The notes below the pieces were generated by a model. It made no database searches. It was not told the DNA's origin and worked only from the letters and a program-made list of their open reading frames with translations. A stretch of 63,597 bases of DNA, the filler included, from Aduncisulcus paluster (lineage: Eukaryota): assembly GCA_024181965.1 (NCBI GenBank). It is 11 parts of 11 records of this genome, joined end to end, with 100 filler letters (N's around TTAATTAATTAA, not from the genome) between each part and the next. Parts side by side here need not be neighbours in the genome. Positions count along the whole stretch, not along the records: positions 1 to 5,436 come from BQXS01011193.1; positions 5,537 to 13,728 come from BQXS01011194.1; 9 more parts are not named here. One strand, 5' to 3'. Positions 1 through 11,729 of this stretch are shown here, in pieces. How positions within the stretch are numbered: position 1 is the first letter of the stretch; each line of letters starts with the position of its first letter. Position numbers and translations under genes: made by a program.

Positions 1-2
1 AG

Positions 3-3000
3 AGAAAAAAGAAGATAGTAAGAAAAAAGAAGAAGAAAGTATTAAAGAAACAAAGCGAGGAGAAGAAACAAAGCGAGCAGATAGGCACAGAAGAGAAAGA
101 TGAGATATCTAGAACATCTTTATCTTTAAATGGGAAACATGTGCATATACCACAACATAGAATTGGGTATAGCAATGTCTTTAAGTGTAAATATAGAGTT
201 GATAGTGACCTTTGTATGTATCGGATATGTTCAGCATACGTTAAATATATCCTAATCCAAGAACAACTCAAGGAATTGAAAGACAGGGAACAAGAAGTGA
301 AAGACAAGGAAGTGGAAGACAACACAAGCAACAGTTATAACACATCTACGAGATATTATACATACATTTACAATCATGAAAAGTTTATGAGATTTCTGAA
401 ACAGGAAATATATCCATGGTTCATTTCTTCTGTGAATAACTCAAAGGCTGACTATAAAACACGTGTACAAGCTTTGGTATGGTGGGCTGTGTTTGTTTCT
501 CACTTTGATCTAAAAATAGAACGAAAAGAAGAAGAGAAAGAAGAAGAAGAGGGGGAAGAGAAAGAGAAAGAAGAGAAAGAGAAAGAAGAGAAAGAGAAAG
601 AAGAGAGAGAGAGAGAGGAAGAGGAAGAGAAAGTTTTGAAGACCACCAAACACCACAGTCGTACAGAAGTTCGTACATACGACATAGCTATACCTGGGAA
701 AAGAAGAATATCTTCCGCTTCTTCCTCTTCTTCTTCTTCTTCTTCTTTCTCAGGTAATATTCCTCATCAAGATGATACGATTACCCATACAACCACCCAC
801 ACTGATCATCCTGATCTATTTTTAGATCAAAGTGAGAAACATGAACAATATAGTGGAAAACAGAGTGGACAAGAGGATATCTATGGAAGGAAACTCAAAA
901 GACGTGCAATGGTTGTGACGAGAGTTAAAAAGAAGAAATCAAAACGTCAACCTATCATTCAGAGTCCGTATATCATGGCTGAAGTCCAAGCTTGGATTGA
1001 AATGGTAGCCAGATTGGAATTGGGAGATTTAAGAGGAAGAAGAGGAAGAAGAGAGAAAGAGGAAAGAGAGAAAGAGGAAAGAGTTGTTAGAAAAGAAGGA
1101 TCTCTGAGATACTTTATAGATGAAAATGATAGTAATAATATTAATAATGATGGTAATTTTTGTAGTTTATTCAAATTATTGAGTATCTTCCACGAGCCTC
1201 ATCCAATGAATATCCTCCAAAATATCATTGAAAATGTATTAGATATAAGTAATAATACTAATCCCATTGCTGGTCATAAACAATCCTCTTCTTCTCCCAC
1301 AATGATAAGATCTCCATTTATTATTAAAACAGACAACAAAACAAACGAAACTTCTTCAACTTGCTTATCATTACCTGTGAGCCCTGAGACTATACTGCAC
1401 TATTCTGAGCCTCAAGAAACTATTATAATAGCTCTGGCAAAAGGATTGTTTCTCAAGGGTGCTAAAATTAGTTGTGCTTTGGTTCTTTCTAAATATAGAT
1501 TGATCAACAATATAGAATGGTGGAATTGTGTTTGTGATTGTGTCTATATTAAGGAGAATGATCCAAAAATAGATGTTGAGAAGAAAGGAGGAAGAGTAGC
1601 TGGAGGAGCTGGAGTAGCTGAAGAAGGAGAAAAGGGAATAAGTGATATAGATTCTGTTGATGCTGTTGATTATTCAGATTTGAGACCTGTTATAACGCAA
1701 TTGGAATATATATGCAACAATCTTATTGATTTCTCCCCTTCTTCTTCTTCTTCTTCTTCTTCTTCTTCTTCTTCCCATTTGGGCATTCAAATTAGTTATA
1801 CTGAACGATTACAGTTGTTTTCTAGATTGTTGAATAATATTATTCTTATTCAAACCAATGATTCTTTTAGTATAGTACAGTATAGTGATACTGCTACTAC
1901 AACCGATGCTCTGAGAACACTTTCTCATTCTATTTTTAGACTTCTGACAAAGATTATTTCAGAATTTAATATCGTTATTTCTCATTCCTCTTCCTCTTCC
2001 TCTTCCTCTTCTTTTTCTCAATCTCAAACATCGCCAAGTGTGTTTACTCTGGGTTCTTTTTGTTATGTTTGCTTGTTTGGACTGAATTTAATCCTAAAAT
2101 GTCACAATTCCAAGCTAAAAATAGATATTGAGAAGAAAGAAGAAGAAGAAAGAAAGGAAGAAGAAGAAAGAAAGGAAGATATGATGGTTATTCTTATTAA
2201 AGATATTTTACTTAGAATTCACGATACATTTTCTCCTCCTAATTCTAAAATATTAACCTCAAGCTCTTCCTTTTCTATGAAATCTATGAAGAAAGAAGAG
2301 AATAGAACTGATGGTCATGAATGTGTTATCAACAATAACGATCTATCAAAGAATATTTTAAACAAACTAAGTTCATGTTATAAATCTCTTTCTTCTCTTT
2401 CTTCTCTCTCTTCTCTCTCTTCTCTCTCTTCTTCGTCATTGGCATTTCGTGAGTTTTTAGCTTTTAATAATAATAATATTGTGTTTGAACCAGAATTTTG
2501 CTCAAACATTAACATTAATTTGATCCACAAAACTCTATTTAAAAAGAAGAAATCTTCTGAAAGATCCTCTCATCCTCTCCATTCTCTCCATTCTTCTCAA
2601 TCTAGATCTAAAAATAGAATATTATTACGTTCTCAATTAGATTTTGGATCTTTGTTGAAGATGAAGAAAGAAGCAGAAGAAGCAGAAGAAGCAGAAGAAG
2701 AAGACAAGGAATCGTTATGTAAACTATTTTTTTCTCAAATTGATAGAATAATTGTTTTTGCTGGGTTTTCATCTTCATCTCCTTCAAAAACTTCAAAAAC
2801 TTCAAAAACTTCAGAATCTCCAAGTGGTTTAAAGAGCTTTGGGTTGGAAGATGATGAAAAATTATCGAAAAATGTAACTATTTCTTCAATTTCAATGTAT
2901 TATATTTTTTCTGCTTTGTTACTTTGTGTTCATGCTTTTCCCGATTCTGATTATGATTCTAAATATAGCACTGATTATGATTCTAAATATAGCACTGATT

Positions 3001-3311
3001 CTGATTCTAAATATAGCACTGATTCTAAGACAGTATCAGTAGTTAAAACTCCCCATAAACGTCGAATTGAGCTTCTTAAGAAATTAGTTCGAATTGGACC
3101 AACATTTTCTCCTTTCTACCTGGTTCTTATTCAACTTATCTTGAATTCTATTACTATTTCTGATAAACAATATGCTGATAAACAAACAAAACATTCTTCT
3201 CTTCCTCCTTTTCTGTCATTGAAGCAAGGGAGCTATACTGTACTAAAACCTCCAGTCCAGGTGCTGAAACAGCATATCGCAGTCAATCGATTGTTACAAT
3301 TACTTATAAAG

Positions 3312-3343
<32 letters not shown>

Positions 3344-3670
3344 TTCTATTTTGGATATATCTTCATTATCTCAGGAATTACCACCTTCAATCTTACACTT
3401 TCTCATGTTCTATATTTATCGACAATCATCATCATCTTCTAATTTTAACATACATATGTAAGTGGTTTGCGAGAAATTGTTTCTGGTTGCTCAGCAAAAT
3501 TCTTGGTATTAGATCATCAACATTCCAAGAATAATAACAAAAATTACATAATCCATCAAGGAAAACANNNNNNNNNNNNNNNNNNNNGGAGCTATACTGT
3601 ACTAAAACCTCCAGTCCAGGTGCTGAAACAGCATATCGCAGTCAATCGATTGTTACAATTACTTATAAAG

Positions 3671-3702
<32 letters not shown>

Positions 3703-5033
3703 TTCTATTTTGGATATATCTTCATTATCTCAGGAATTACCACCTTCAATCTTACACTTTCTCATGTTCTATATTTATCGACAATCATCATCATCTTCTA
3801 ATTTTAACATACATATGTTAAGTGGTTTGCGAGAAATTGTTTCTGGTTGCTCAGCAAAATTCTTGGTATTAGATCATCAACATTCCAAGAATAATAACAA
3901 AAATTACATAATCCATCAAGGAAAACAAGAAAAACAAGGAAAAGAAGGAAAAAAAGAAGAGAAAGAAAAGGCGGCAGAAGAAGAAAAGAAGAATGGGACT
4001 CAAAGCTTGGTATCTTCTCAAATGTCTAAAAATAGAAAACATAATAATGATAATAATGATTTGAGTGATTTGAGTGATTCGAGTGATGTGAGTGATTCGA
4101 GTGATGTAAATATTCATATCTATTATCTATGGTGCGGATTGTTACGTCTTGTACGAGATATTCATATTTCATATAATTATAGAAAATTAATTTCTATATC
4201 TGACAAAAAGAATGAAGAAGAAAAGAGAGAGGAAAGAGAGAGAGAAAAGGAAGAAAAAGAAGAGAATGATAAAGTTTATTCTTCCTCTTCTTCCTTTTCT
4301 TTTTCTTCTTCCTCTTCTTCCTCTTCTTCCTCTTCTTTTGATAAGATAAGATATCAGAGAGACCCAGGTTTCCTTTCCCAATATATCAAACAACTTCCAT
4401 TCCATCCTCCTTCTGCACTCTCTTTTGATCCTTCTCTTAAAATAATTTATGATAGACAAGGACAATCGCATGAAGAACAGCTCGTAAGGCAAAGAGGAAT
4501 AGTCGTATGCGCCAATCAATCTCCAGATTTCCTATTCTTACTGGCTATATTGGATTTCTCTTGTTTCTCAGAATCTATTTTAAGGGGCAGTGTTAAGAAT
4601 GTAATTTCTCTGTGCGGAATTAACAGTTATTGGTCTTACAGTGCAAAAGCTCTATGTTTGATGCAAAAAGGTGAAATGTATAAATCTTTTGATCTCCTTA
4701 AAAAAAGTTTATTGTTGCACGGTGGATACATTAACGGTGATATCTGGGCACTTACTTGGTGTAATATTCGAATTATTGAGCAAATGATAGAATCAGAGAC
4801 CAGGCCTAGAAGAAGAAGAAGAAGAAGAAGAAGAGATGGAGATCATTTCATCAGAAGAGTTAGAATCGTTATGTTCTAAAATATTAGCTTTGCAACCAAT
4901 GTGCAGTATTAAAGGAGAAGTATGGAACACTTTTTGGACATGTGATGGAAGATCTGAGGATATCAGGATATCTATAATTCAAGCACTGAGATGTACTGCA
5001 TTTGAGTACGCTTGTTTATTACATGTGATTTAG
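3..5033 (+). CDS. Large low-complexity hypothetical protein (poly-E/poly-S), 5'-truncated; one gene split by a false duplication
   Basis: The frame of ORF 141 is open from base 3. 3229-3567 is duplicated at 3588-3927 across a 20-N gap; the first copy lacks one T (CATATGTAAG vs CATATGTTAAG), which creates the stop at 3461. Collapsing the duplicate gives one frame to 4879. The likely true C-terminus (EEEEEEEEEMEIISSEELESLCSK...) is in another frame ending at 5033. Confidence 0.6.
2951..3028 (+). repeat. 24-bp tandem repeat (about 3 copies, DYDSKYST/DSDSKYST) inside CDS
   Basis: GATT(A/C)TGATTCTAAATATAGCACT repeated in tandem. Confidence 0.85.
3568..3587. other. 20-N scaffold gap flanked by duplicated overlap (one of five)
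   Basis: Pairs: 3229-3567/3588-3927; 11253-11546/11567-11860 (gap 11547-11566); 20669-20922/20943-21196 (gap 20923-20942); 40254-40501/40522-40769 (gap 40502-40521); 51171-51398/51419-51646 (gap 51399-51418). Confidence 0.95.
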
Positions 5034-5436
5034 TTATTGATTAGGGGTTAACCATAATAAATTCAAATTTTACTGTAAAATTTACAGGGTCAGTTGATTC
5101 GAGAGAATCCGAAACATCACCAGGTAAAAAAATGATTATTTGAATTTATTGAAATGCGGAAAAAAGTGAAAATCAACACCGATGTCACCAGAAGGTGGCG
5201 GTAATGCCAGTAACAGAGAGAAAGTGAAAGAAGAAGAAGCCATGTCCCTATCATGTCTTCCGACTTTCCTCCCACTTCTTCCTCTTCTTGGAAAAGACCT
5301 ATTCCAGATATGGTGAGTCACCATATGGTGACCCTTACACCACTACATATTGGTGAGAAGGTTGTCTATTTTTAGAACCATCACCTCTCTCTCTCTTTTA
5401 TTTTAATAAATGTACCAACCATAAGCTTATAGGTGT

Positions 5437-5536
5437 NNNNNNNNNNNNNNNNNNNNNNNNNNNNNNNNNNNNNNNNNNNNTTAATTAATTAANNNNNNNN
5501 NNNNNNNNNNNNNNNNNNNNNNNNNNNNNNNNNNNN
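5437..5536. other. Artificial contig-joining linker N44-TTAATTAATTAA-N44 (one of ten)
   Basis: Identical 100-bp spacers start at 5437, 13729, 17343, 23126, 26793, 32704, 36557, 44890, 54193 and 59914. TTAATTAATTAA gives stops in all six frames. Confidence 0.98.
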
Positions 5537-6133
5537 GATCACACTGTTTTGAAGGATGCTCACACCAAGCTTGAGGAAGAGCACGAACAGTTAAAGGAAG
5601 AGCGTGACCAGATCCAAGAGAAGCAAGATACTCTTGAAGCTGAACATGACCGTCTTGCCAATGATCACACTGTTTTGAAGGATGCTCACACCAAGCTTGA
5701 GGAAGAACGCGATCAACTGAAGGAAGAGCGTGACCACCTCCAAGAGGAACTAGAAACTCTTGAAGCTGAACATGACCGTCTTGCCAATGATCACACTGTT
5801 TTGAAGGATGCTCACACCAAGCTTGAGGTAGAACGCGATCAACTGAAGGAAGAGCGTGACCAGATCCAAGAGAAGCAAGATACTCTCGAAGCTGAACATG
5901 ACCGTCTTGCCAATGATCACACTGTTTTGAAGGATGCTCACACCAAGCTTGAGGAAGAACGCGATCAACTGAAGGAAGAGCGTGACCAGATCCAAGAGAA
6001 GCAAGATACTCTCGAAGCTGAACATGACCGTCTTGCCAATGATCACACTGTTTTGAAGGATGCTCACACCAAGCTTGAGGAAGAACGCGATCAACTGAAG
6101 GAAGAGCGTGACCACCTCCAAGAGGAACTAGAA
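5537..6133 (+). repeat. 126-bp tandem repeat, about 4.7 copies (array cut by contig end)
   Basis: Units begin GATCACACTGTTTTGAAGG at 5537, 5663, 5789, 5915 and 6041 and encode DHTVLKDAHTKLEEERDQLKEERDQIQEKQDTLEAEHDRLAN. Confidence 0.95.
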
Positions 6134-8098
6134 AAGGAGCCTTCAGAATCTGCTGAACTCAAAGAATCAAATATTCAAGTATGTGACGTATTAAAACATG
6201 GTGATTTAATGACTCCCGATTTCATTTGTAAAGGTGAAGGTGATAGTGGGTGTAACTCAGATGAGATGATGCGTGTGTCAGAATTGTCCCCAGGTGAAAC
6301 TGGAGAGGAGTTTGGATCAGGACAATTCAGTATGATGAACATGAGTGAAAGTCTATTTATTTCTCTTGTTGAGGAAGGAGTTTCAAGAGTTCTTGGAAGA
6401 AGTCGTTTCCATGAATCTCATCTGAGCGACCATATCATTGGCGGGGCTATATCTGAGGAAGATGATAGTTTTGTGTCTGTGCAAGATATGGAGTTTCCGG
6501 GCCACTTGAAACCATTTTCATACTATCTTAACATTGAAAAATGTCTGGGGAATGTCGTAGGTATCTCGAGAGCGTGTTTTGATTTCCTCAAATTGTCTTC
6601 CCAAAAGTTTAGTGGAATTCGGAAAGAAATTGATTCTTATAAATATTTCTTGCAAAACACTTTGTCAACCATTTCAAAATCATTAATTTCATTAATGTCA
6701 ACGATTTCAGGATTGCAAAACGATCTAACGAATGCGAACCTTATTAATACCCATCTAAGTGGTGAAAATTCCAGTTTACAGAGACAATTGGATGAAAAAC
6801 AAATGGAGTTTGATGATCAGATATCTCAAATGTTGACCAAAATTAACGAATTAGAGCAAAAAGAATTGTGTCTTCGTGGGGATTTGGATTTACAAACCAA
6901 AAGAAATGATGAACTTCAAAAGGATATTTCACAGCATATCTCCCTCTCATCTGTAATAGAAAGAGAGTGTCAAACAGATATATCTGGTTATCATTTCGAT
7001 ATTTCTCAAATTGATCCAAAAATAGATATTATGGAAATTCTTCCCTCTAAGAATGAAGAAGTTTCTGATATTCCTGTAACTGTTGAAATGTCTTCAAATA
7101 CTGATCACATAATATACGTTGAAACCTCTACTCAGACTGATCATGCCGCCAAGAAAAAGGCCAGAAAGCTTCAGCAATTGGAGAAACGGAGGGAAAGAGA
7201 ATCTGCCCGTCGAGCCAGTTTAGCTGAATCTGAATATAGTTACGATATTGATGGGTTCATGTCTGCCCGTTCTTCTGCTCGGAGTTACATTCATCCCCTT
7301 GGTTCTTGCTCTCCAAGAATATTACCTTCCATTCATGAAGGACACATCGAACGTAATCCTTTGTTATTCCCCATTGTTGAACATTTTGCCCTCATCTTCA
7401 ACTCTGTTTCAAAGGTTGCAAAAGAGTGTGATCTTTTTGAGGAATCTATATTTGGTGGGGATTCAAGTATGTCGATATCTGCAAGGGAATTATCTTCTAG
7501 AGATTCTTTCAGATCTTCTTCTTTGAAACCTCACAATGTTCCTGTTCTAGATTTTGACTTCCATTCCCTTTCTTCTTCTTCTGCTAATCCTTCATGTCAC
7601 GAGCACCATGTTCCAAAGTTCCAATGTGAGGGAACATGTATAAATTTTTCTGATAAACATTTTCGAGATTCCAAGTTTGAAAGCCTGAAATATGTTGATT
7701 TCCTTGATATTAAAATGGATAAGGTTGATATATCGTTATTCTATAATACTTTGAAACCTTTGGCCGAATATTTCAATTTGGCCTTTTCAACAGAAATTCA
7801 ATGCGATCCTACTTATCAACACATTGATCCAGATTCTATTGTAAAAGACCATTTCTTCCCTGATTATGATAGTCTTTCAAAAATTATCTCTCAAATATTC
7901 CACCAATTTGGATTTATTATCTCCAAAAACACTGAATTAATGCGTGCAGCCAAGATTCAAGAAGATAAATTACAGAAGGAAAAGAGAGATAATTCAATCA
8001 AAATTGAAGTTCTGAGAAGTTCTTTTGAAAGACAAAAAGATGATCTCAGATCTCAGCTCAAACGTCTTCAACAAGAAAACAGGAATTTATTGGGCTGA
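5537..8098 (+). CDS. Coiled-coil protein with 42-aa tandem repeats, 5'-truncated
   Basis: Open from the contig start. The N-terminal part is a heptad repeat array, with further coiled-coil-like segments downstream. Confidence 0.8.
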   Translation, partial: DHTVLKDAHTKLEEEHEQLKEERDQIQEKQDTLEAEHDRLANDHTVLKDAHTKLEEERDQLKEERDHLQEELETLEAEHDRLANDHTVLKDAHTKLEVERDQLKEERDQIQEKQDTLEAEHDRLANDHTVLKDAHTKLEEERDQLKEERDQIQEKQDTLEAEHDRLANDHTVLKDAHTKLEEERDQLKEERDHLQEELEKEPSESAELKESNIQVCDVLKHGDLMTPDFICKGEGDSGCNSDEMMRVSELSPGETGEEFGSGQFSMMNMSESLFISLVEEGVSRVLGRSRFHESHLSDHIIGGAISEEDDSFVSVQDMEFPGHLKPFSYYLNIEKCLGNVVGISRACFDFLKLSSQKFSGIRKEIDSYKYFLQNTLSTISKSLISLMSTISGLQNDLTNANLINTHLSGENSSLQRQLDEKQMEFDDQISQMLTKINELEQKELCLRGDLDLQTKRNDELQKDISQHISLSSVIERECQTDISGYHFDISQIDPKIDIMEILPSKNEEVSDIPVTVEMSSNTDHIIYVETSTQTDHAAKKKARKLQQLEKRRERESARRASLAESEYSYDIDGFMSARSSARSYIHPLGSCSPRILPSIHEGHIERNPLLFPIVEHFALIFNSVSKVAKECDLFEESIFGGDSSMSISARELSSRDSFRSSSLKPHNVPVLDFDFHSLSSSSANPSCHEHHVPKFQCEGTCINFSDKHFRDSKFESLKYVDFLDIKMDKVDISLFYNTLKPLAEYFNLAFSTEIQCDPTYQHIDPDSIVKDHFFPDYDSLSKIISQIFHQFGFIISKNTELMRAAKIQEDKLQKEKRDNSIKIEVLRSSFERQKDDLRSQLKRLQQENRNLLG

Positions 8099-8263
8099 GT
8101 TCATGATTCGGTGATTGACAACAAGACAGTTAAATTGAAGAAATATGAAACCTTTTTGATATTGATATTATATATTTTACAAGTTCATTAAGTATATTGA
8201 CAAAAAATTTAATTAATTGATCCAATTAATGAAGTTCGAGCTGAGCTAGCTCTAAACAATTAA

Positions 8264-11047
8264 TTACTCAAAATCCCACAATAAATATTTTTCAATTGTA
8301 TGATTTCCACCTCTTTTTTTAACTCTTTTCTTCAAACAAGGAGAGAATTCATTCATCTTCCTTTGTCCATATATTTTTGAAGAAAACCTTTTCTTCTTCC
8401 GTTTAAATACATCTTCAATGTTTAAAATGACTGGTTTTGTTTTTTCTGGTTTGACTTTTTCCTTTCTCTCCCTTGAAGTTGGTTCCTTGGTATCAATGGA
8501 ATATTGGGTATGGATTACTTCGTGAATTTCCTTTTGTTCTTCTTCCTCCTCACCTTTAGAATCTATTTCTTCTCTCAAATTATCACAAACTCCAGTTTTA
8601 TCCCCCACACAAACAACATCAGTCTCGACAGATTCAGGTCTATAAATAGAACAATCGGAATAACCATCAAATTTGAAAGAAGAAGGGTTACTTTTGGAGA
8701 ATTCTTCAAGAAGAAGTTGATCACCATCAAGATTCTCATGGACAAAGTCACACACTCGAACACCAATCAGACGGATATGATCTCCCCTTTGAGCTTCCAC
8801 ACCCACAATTCCATGGCTAGAGGACATACAGCTTGTCTTACTCGAACTCAAGACACTCACTGTCTGTTTGGTACTCCATTCAGAGGAAGAAGAGGAGGAA
8901 GAGATACGATGAATGGTTCCTCCACAAATTTTGAGCATACATTGCCAAGCTACAGGAAAGATATCTTTTGGCTTGTCTGAGAAATAAGGAAGCTCTGAGG
9001 ACTTTGTGATAAGATCGAATGAACTAGCCTTGACTTTCATAACAACACGACGTCCACGCCAACCTTTGCGAACCAATCGTTTACATATCTTGTCTACAAG
9101 CCCATGCAGATAAGTTCGAAGAATGAAGAGATCATTTGTGGCTCTAAACGTTCGTTCCATACCAATAGAATTCTTGGCTGCATATCGATCAGCTACTCCA
9201 TGACCGAAATGTCCAAGAGAACCAAATGAAATACCCATACATGAAAACAAAGTGGATGAAGCTGATACATTTGGCATTGAAGCAATGATGGGACCTCTCA
9301 ACCTCAGCACATCGGCACACGTCTGGAGCTTGAAAACAGATTTAAATATTTGCTCAGTGACATCACCAATTCCCCACACTCGTTTAATGGGCAAGTTACT
9401 CATAAATTTATAAATAGAATCATATAAATAAATCTTAGAAATGACAAATTTCCTATTTTTGGTTTTTTTGTCTTCTTTAGTAGATATTGCGATTTCAGAA
9501 CCATCACTTTTCTTCTGATCTTCTTCCTCTTCTTCCTCTTCTTCCTCTTCTTCCTCTTCTTCCTCTTCTTCTTCCTCTTCGTGCTCTTCTTCCTCTTTTT
9601 CTTCTTCCTCTTCCTCTTCAACTACCTGCATTTCAACAGAAGGGGGAATAATTGTTTGCCCGTTTGGTTTCTTCTCATCAGAACATATCTTGGCCACCAA
9701 TCGAGAATAACTCACACCGGCCGAACATGTCAAACCGATCTGATCTAAAATTAGATATCTTATTCGGTATACTAATAGATGCATATCGAGGACTGATATA
9801 TGGTGAAGAGGAGAATCTGAGGGAAAATGTGGGAAAAATGATCCCAGTAGCATTGGTTGAGGACACGAAGGGGGAAGAGGGGGAGTCTTTGGGAGAATCA
9901 GAGGGAGTCGCTGGTGTGGTTTCTTACTACTATCCTTTCTATTGTTCATACTATCACGTGAGTCAGTACAGTTTGACACAAGAAATTGTGAAGGTGTCAT
10001 GCAAGTTGAGGAAACTAAAGACTTCACAGGGTTGACACTAAAATGTGCAATATCAGACCCAGATGGAATGACCGAGAAGTATCTTTGCCATTCTCTGAAA
10101 GTTGAGAGTACAGGAGGATTTGACAAGGATTTAGACTTTGAGTTCCTCGAAATCAAAGGATCAGCAATAGTGGCATCTAAAGGATTTGAACCAATTCCAA
10201 GTGATATATTTCTCTCAAGTTCTTTCTCATATGTTAAAAATAGATCTTTTAGAGAAGGATCATGAATAAGAAGATCCAAATATGATTCTGAAATGTAATC
10301 TTTAACCGAAGAAGGCATGGACTTCCTAAAATCCAGAACCTTTTTGTTAATTCCCGCTCGATATTTCTTCACTCCATCCTCCCACTTGCTCAATTCGTCC
10401 TTTGTGTCCCTCATTTTCCACAAACAATATAGATATGCGTTATCTTTCTTGATTGTGTCAATATTAGTCGTTAAATATGGAATTAAATTAAGGAATGCTT
10501 CATCCATTCCCATTTCATGATGATCAGGGTCGTGTTTCTCAATTATTTTCATAAACTCTGCACTGAATGCGGAATATTTATCCATATTAGCCTCCATAAC
10601 AATTAATTTCTCTGGCCCAGTTACCAATTGTCTTGCAATTCCTGTTGACATCCCTGCTCTAACCCCGTACTTACGAGCTTCATATGTACTGGTGAGAACG
10701 ATTCCAGTTCCAATAGCAACTGGTTTCCCAACCAAATCGGGCCTTTCTTTCAATTCAACTGCGGCATAAAATGTGTCAATATCAATGTGCATCCACAATT
10801 GAGGCATGCAATGAAACTCACGAAGTTTATCAATAATTGAACGGTCTACTTTGCGTTGAGCTGCTTCCAAATCCTGTAATGATAAGGAATATAGCCGATC
10901 TGTCATCTTTTTTACCTGTGAAATTCGTTGAATACCTTTTCTATCCTCTTTCGCAGAGTAAAGAGAGCCATCAGACAATTCTTTAATTCTTTGCTTTAAA
11001 GCGGCTTTATCCAATCCTCCAAATCCTGCTTTACCATCTCTTTTCAT
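8264..11047 (-). CDS. POLK: DNA polymerase kappa (Y-family, DinB-like)
   Basis: N-clasp-like KAGFGGLDK; HIDIDTFYAAVE; YEARKYGVRAGM; MDEAFL; GLTCSAG..AKICSDEKKPNGQ; HhH LPIKRVWGIG; little finger SIGMERTF and IRLIGVRV. Confidence 0.92.
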   Translation of the reverse strand: MKRDGKAGFGGLDKAALKQRIKELSDGSLYSAKEDRKGIQRISQVKKMTDRLYSLSLQDLEAAQRKVDRSIIDKLREFHCMPQLWMHIDIDTFYAAVELKERPDLVGKPVAIGTGIVLTSTYEARKYGVRAGMSTGIARQLVTGPEKLIVMEANMDKYSAFSAEFMKIIEKHDPDHHEMGMDEAFLNLIPYLTTNIDTIKKDNAYLYCLWKMRDTKDELSKWEDGVKKYRAGINKKVLDFRKSMPSSVKDYISESYLDLLIHDPSLKDLFLTYEKELERNISLGIGSNPLDATIADPLISRNSKSKSLSNPPVLSTFREWQRYFSVIPSGSDIAHFSVNPVKSLVSSTCMTPSQFLVSNCTDSRDSMNNRKDSSKKPHQRLPLILPKTPPLPPSCPQPMLLGSFFPHFPSDSPLHHISVLDMHLLVYRIRYLILDQIGLTCSAGVSYSRLVAKICSDEKKPNGQTIIPPSVEMQVVEEEEEEEKEEEEHEEEEEEEEEEEEEEEEEEEEDQKKSDGSEIAISTKEDKKTKNRKFVISKIYLYDSIYKFMSNLPIKRVWGIGDVTEQIFKSVFKLQTCADVLRLRGPIIASMPNVSASSTLFSCMGISFGSLGHFGHGVADRYAAKNSIGMERTFRATNDLFILRTYLHGLVDKICKRLVRKGWRGRRVVMKVKASSFDLITKSSELPYFSDKPKDIFPVAWQCMLKICGGTIHRISSSSSSSEWSTKQTVSVLSSSKTSCMSSSHGIVGVEAQRGDHIRLIGVRVCDFVHENLDGDQLLLEEFSKSNPSSFKFDGYSDCSIYRPESVETDVVCVGDKTGVCDNLREEIDSKGEEEEEQKEIHEVIHTQYSIDTKEPTSRERKEKVKPEKTKPVILNIEDVFKRKKKRFSSKIYGQRKMNEFSPCLKKRVKKRGGNHTIEKYLLWDFE

Positions 11048-11729
11048 TCATATGGATTCAAAACGAACAAAATAAAGAGTATCAATGTCTTATTCGACAG
11101 AAAAAAAAACAATCTAAGTTGTAAAGCTCAATTACTTTTGAAATATGGAAATATTAATGAGAATAATTTAAACAAGCTATTCGGTGGGATTTTAAAATGT
11201 TGATTAAATAAAATTGTTATTCTTATCTGAACAACCCATCCAATCATGCTCTCCTGCCATGAATAACAATCAAAATAAAAGTTCCGGGGGAAATTAAAAA
11301 ATAAGAGTTACAAATATAAGATATTACGCAGATTTAATATCGAAGTACAAAAGATTGGAGGAGTTCCAAAAAAACGCTATCTATTGCCTTTTTGCTTGCT
11401 TCATCAAAAGATAGAATGCCCCCAAGGCGCTTTAAAATTCACAAAAAAGTATTAATCCCTCAATTACATGACGTATGTCATCTTGAGAGTGCCACTGAAA
11501 AAGTCAGTTCTTTTTCTCCTAGTGAACAATTTCAATGTGCTATTTGNNNNNNNNNNNNNNNNNNNNCCTGCCATGAATAACAATCAAAATAAAAGTTCCG
11601 GGGGAAATTAAAAAATAAGAGTTACAAATATAAGATATTACGCAGATTTAATATCGAAGTACAAAAGATTGGAGGAGTTCCAAAAAAACGCTATCTATTG
11701 CCTTTTTGCTTGCTTCATCAAAAGATAGA

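Noticed and set aside
11392-11580. Second short ZNF598-like ORF
   Set aside because: False duplicate of the 5' end of the 11730 gene.
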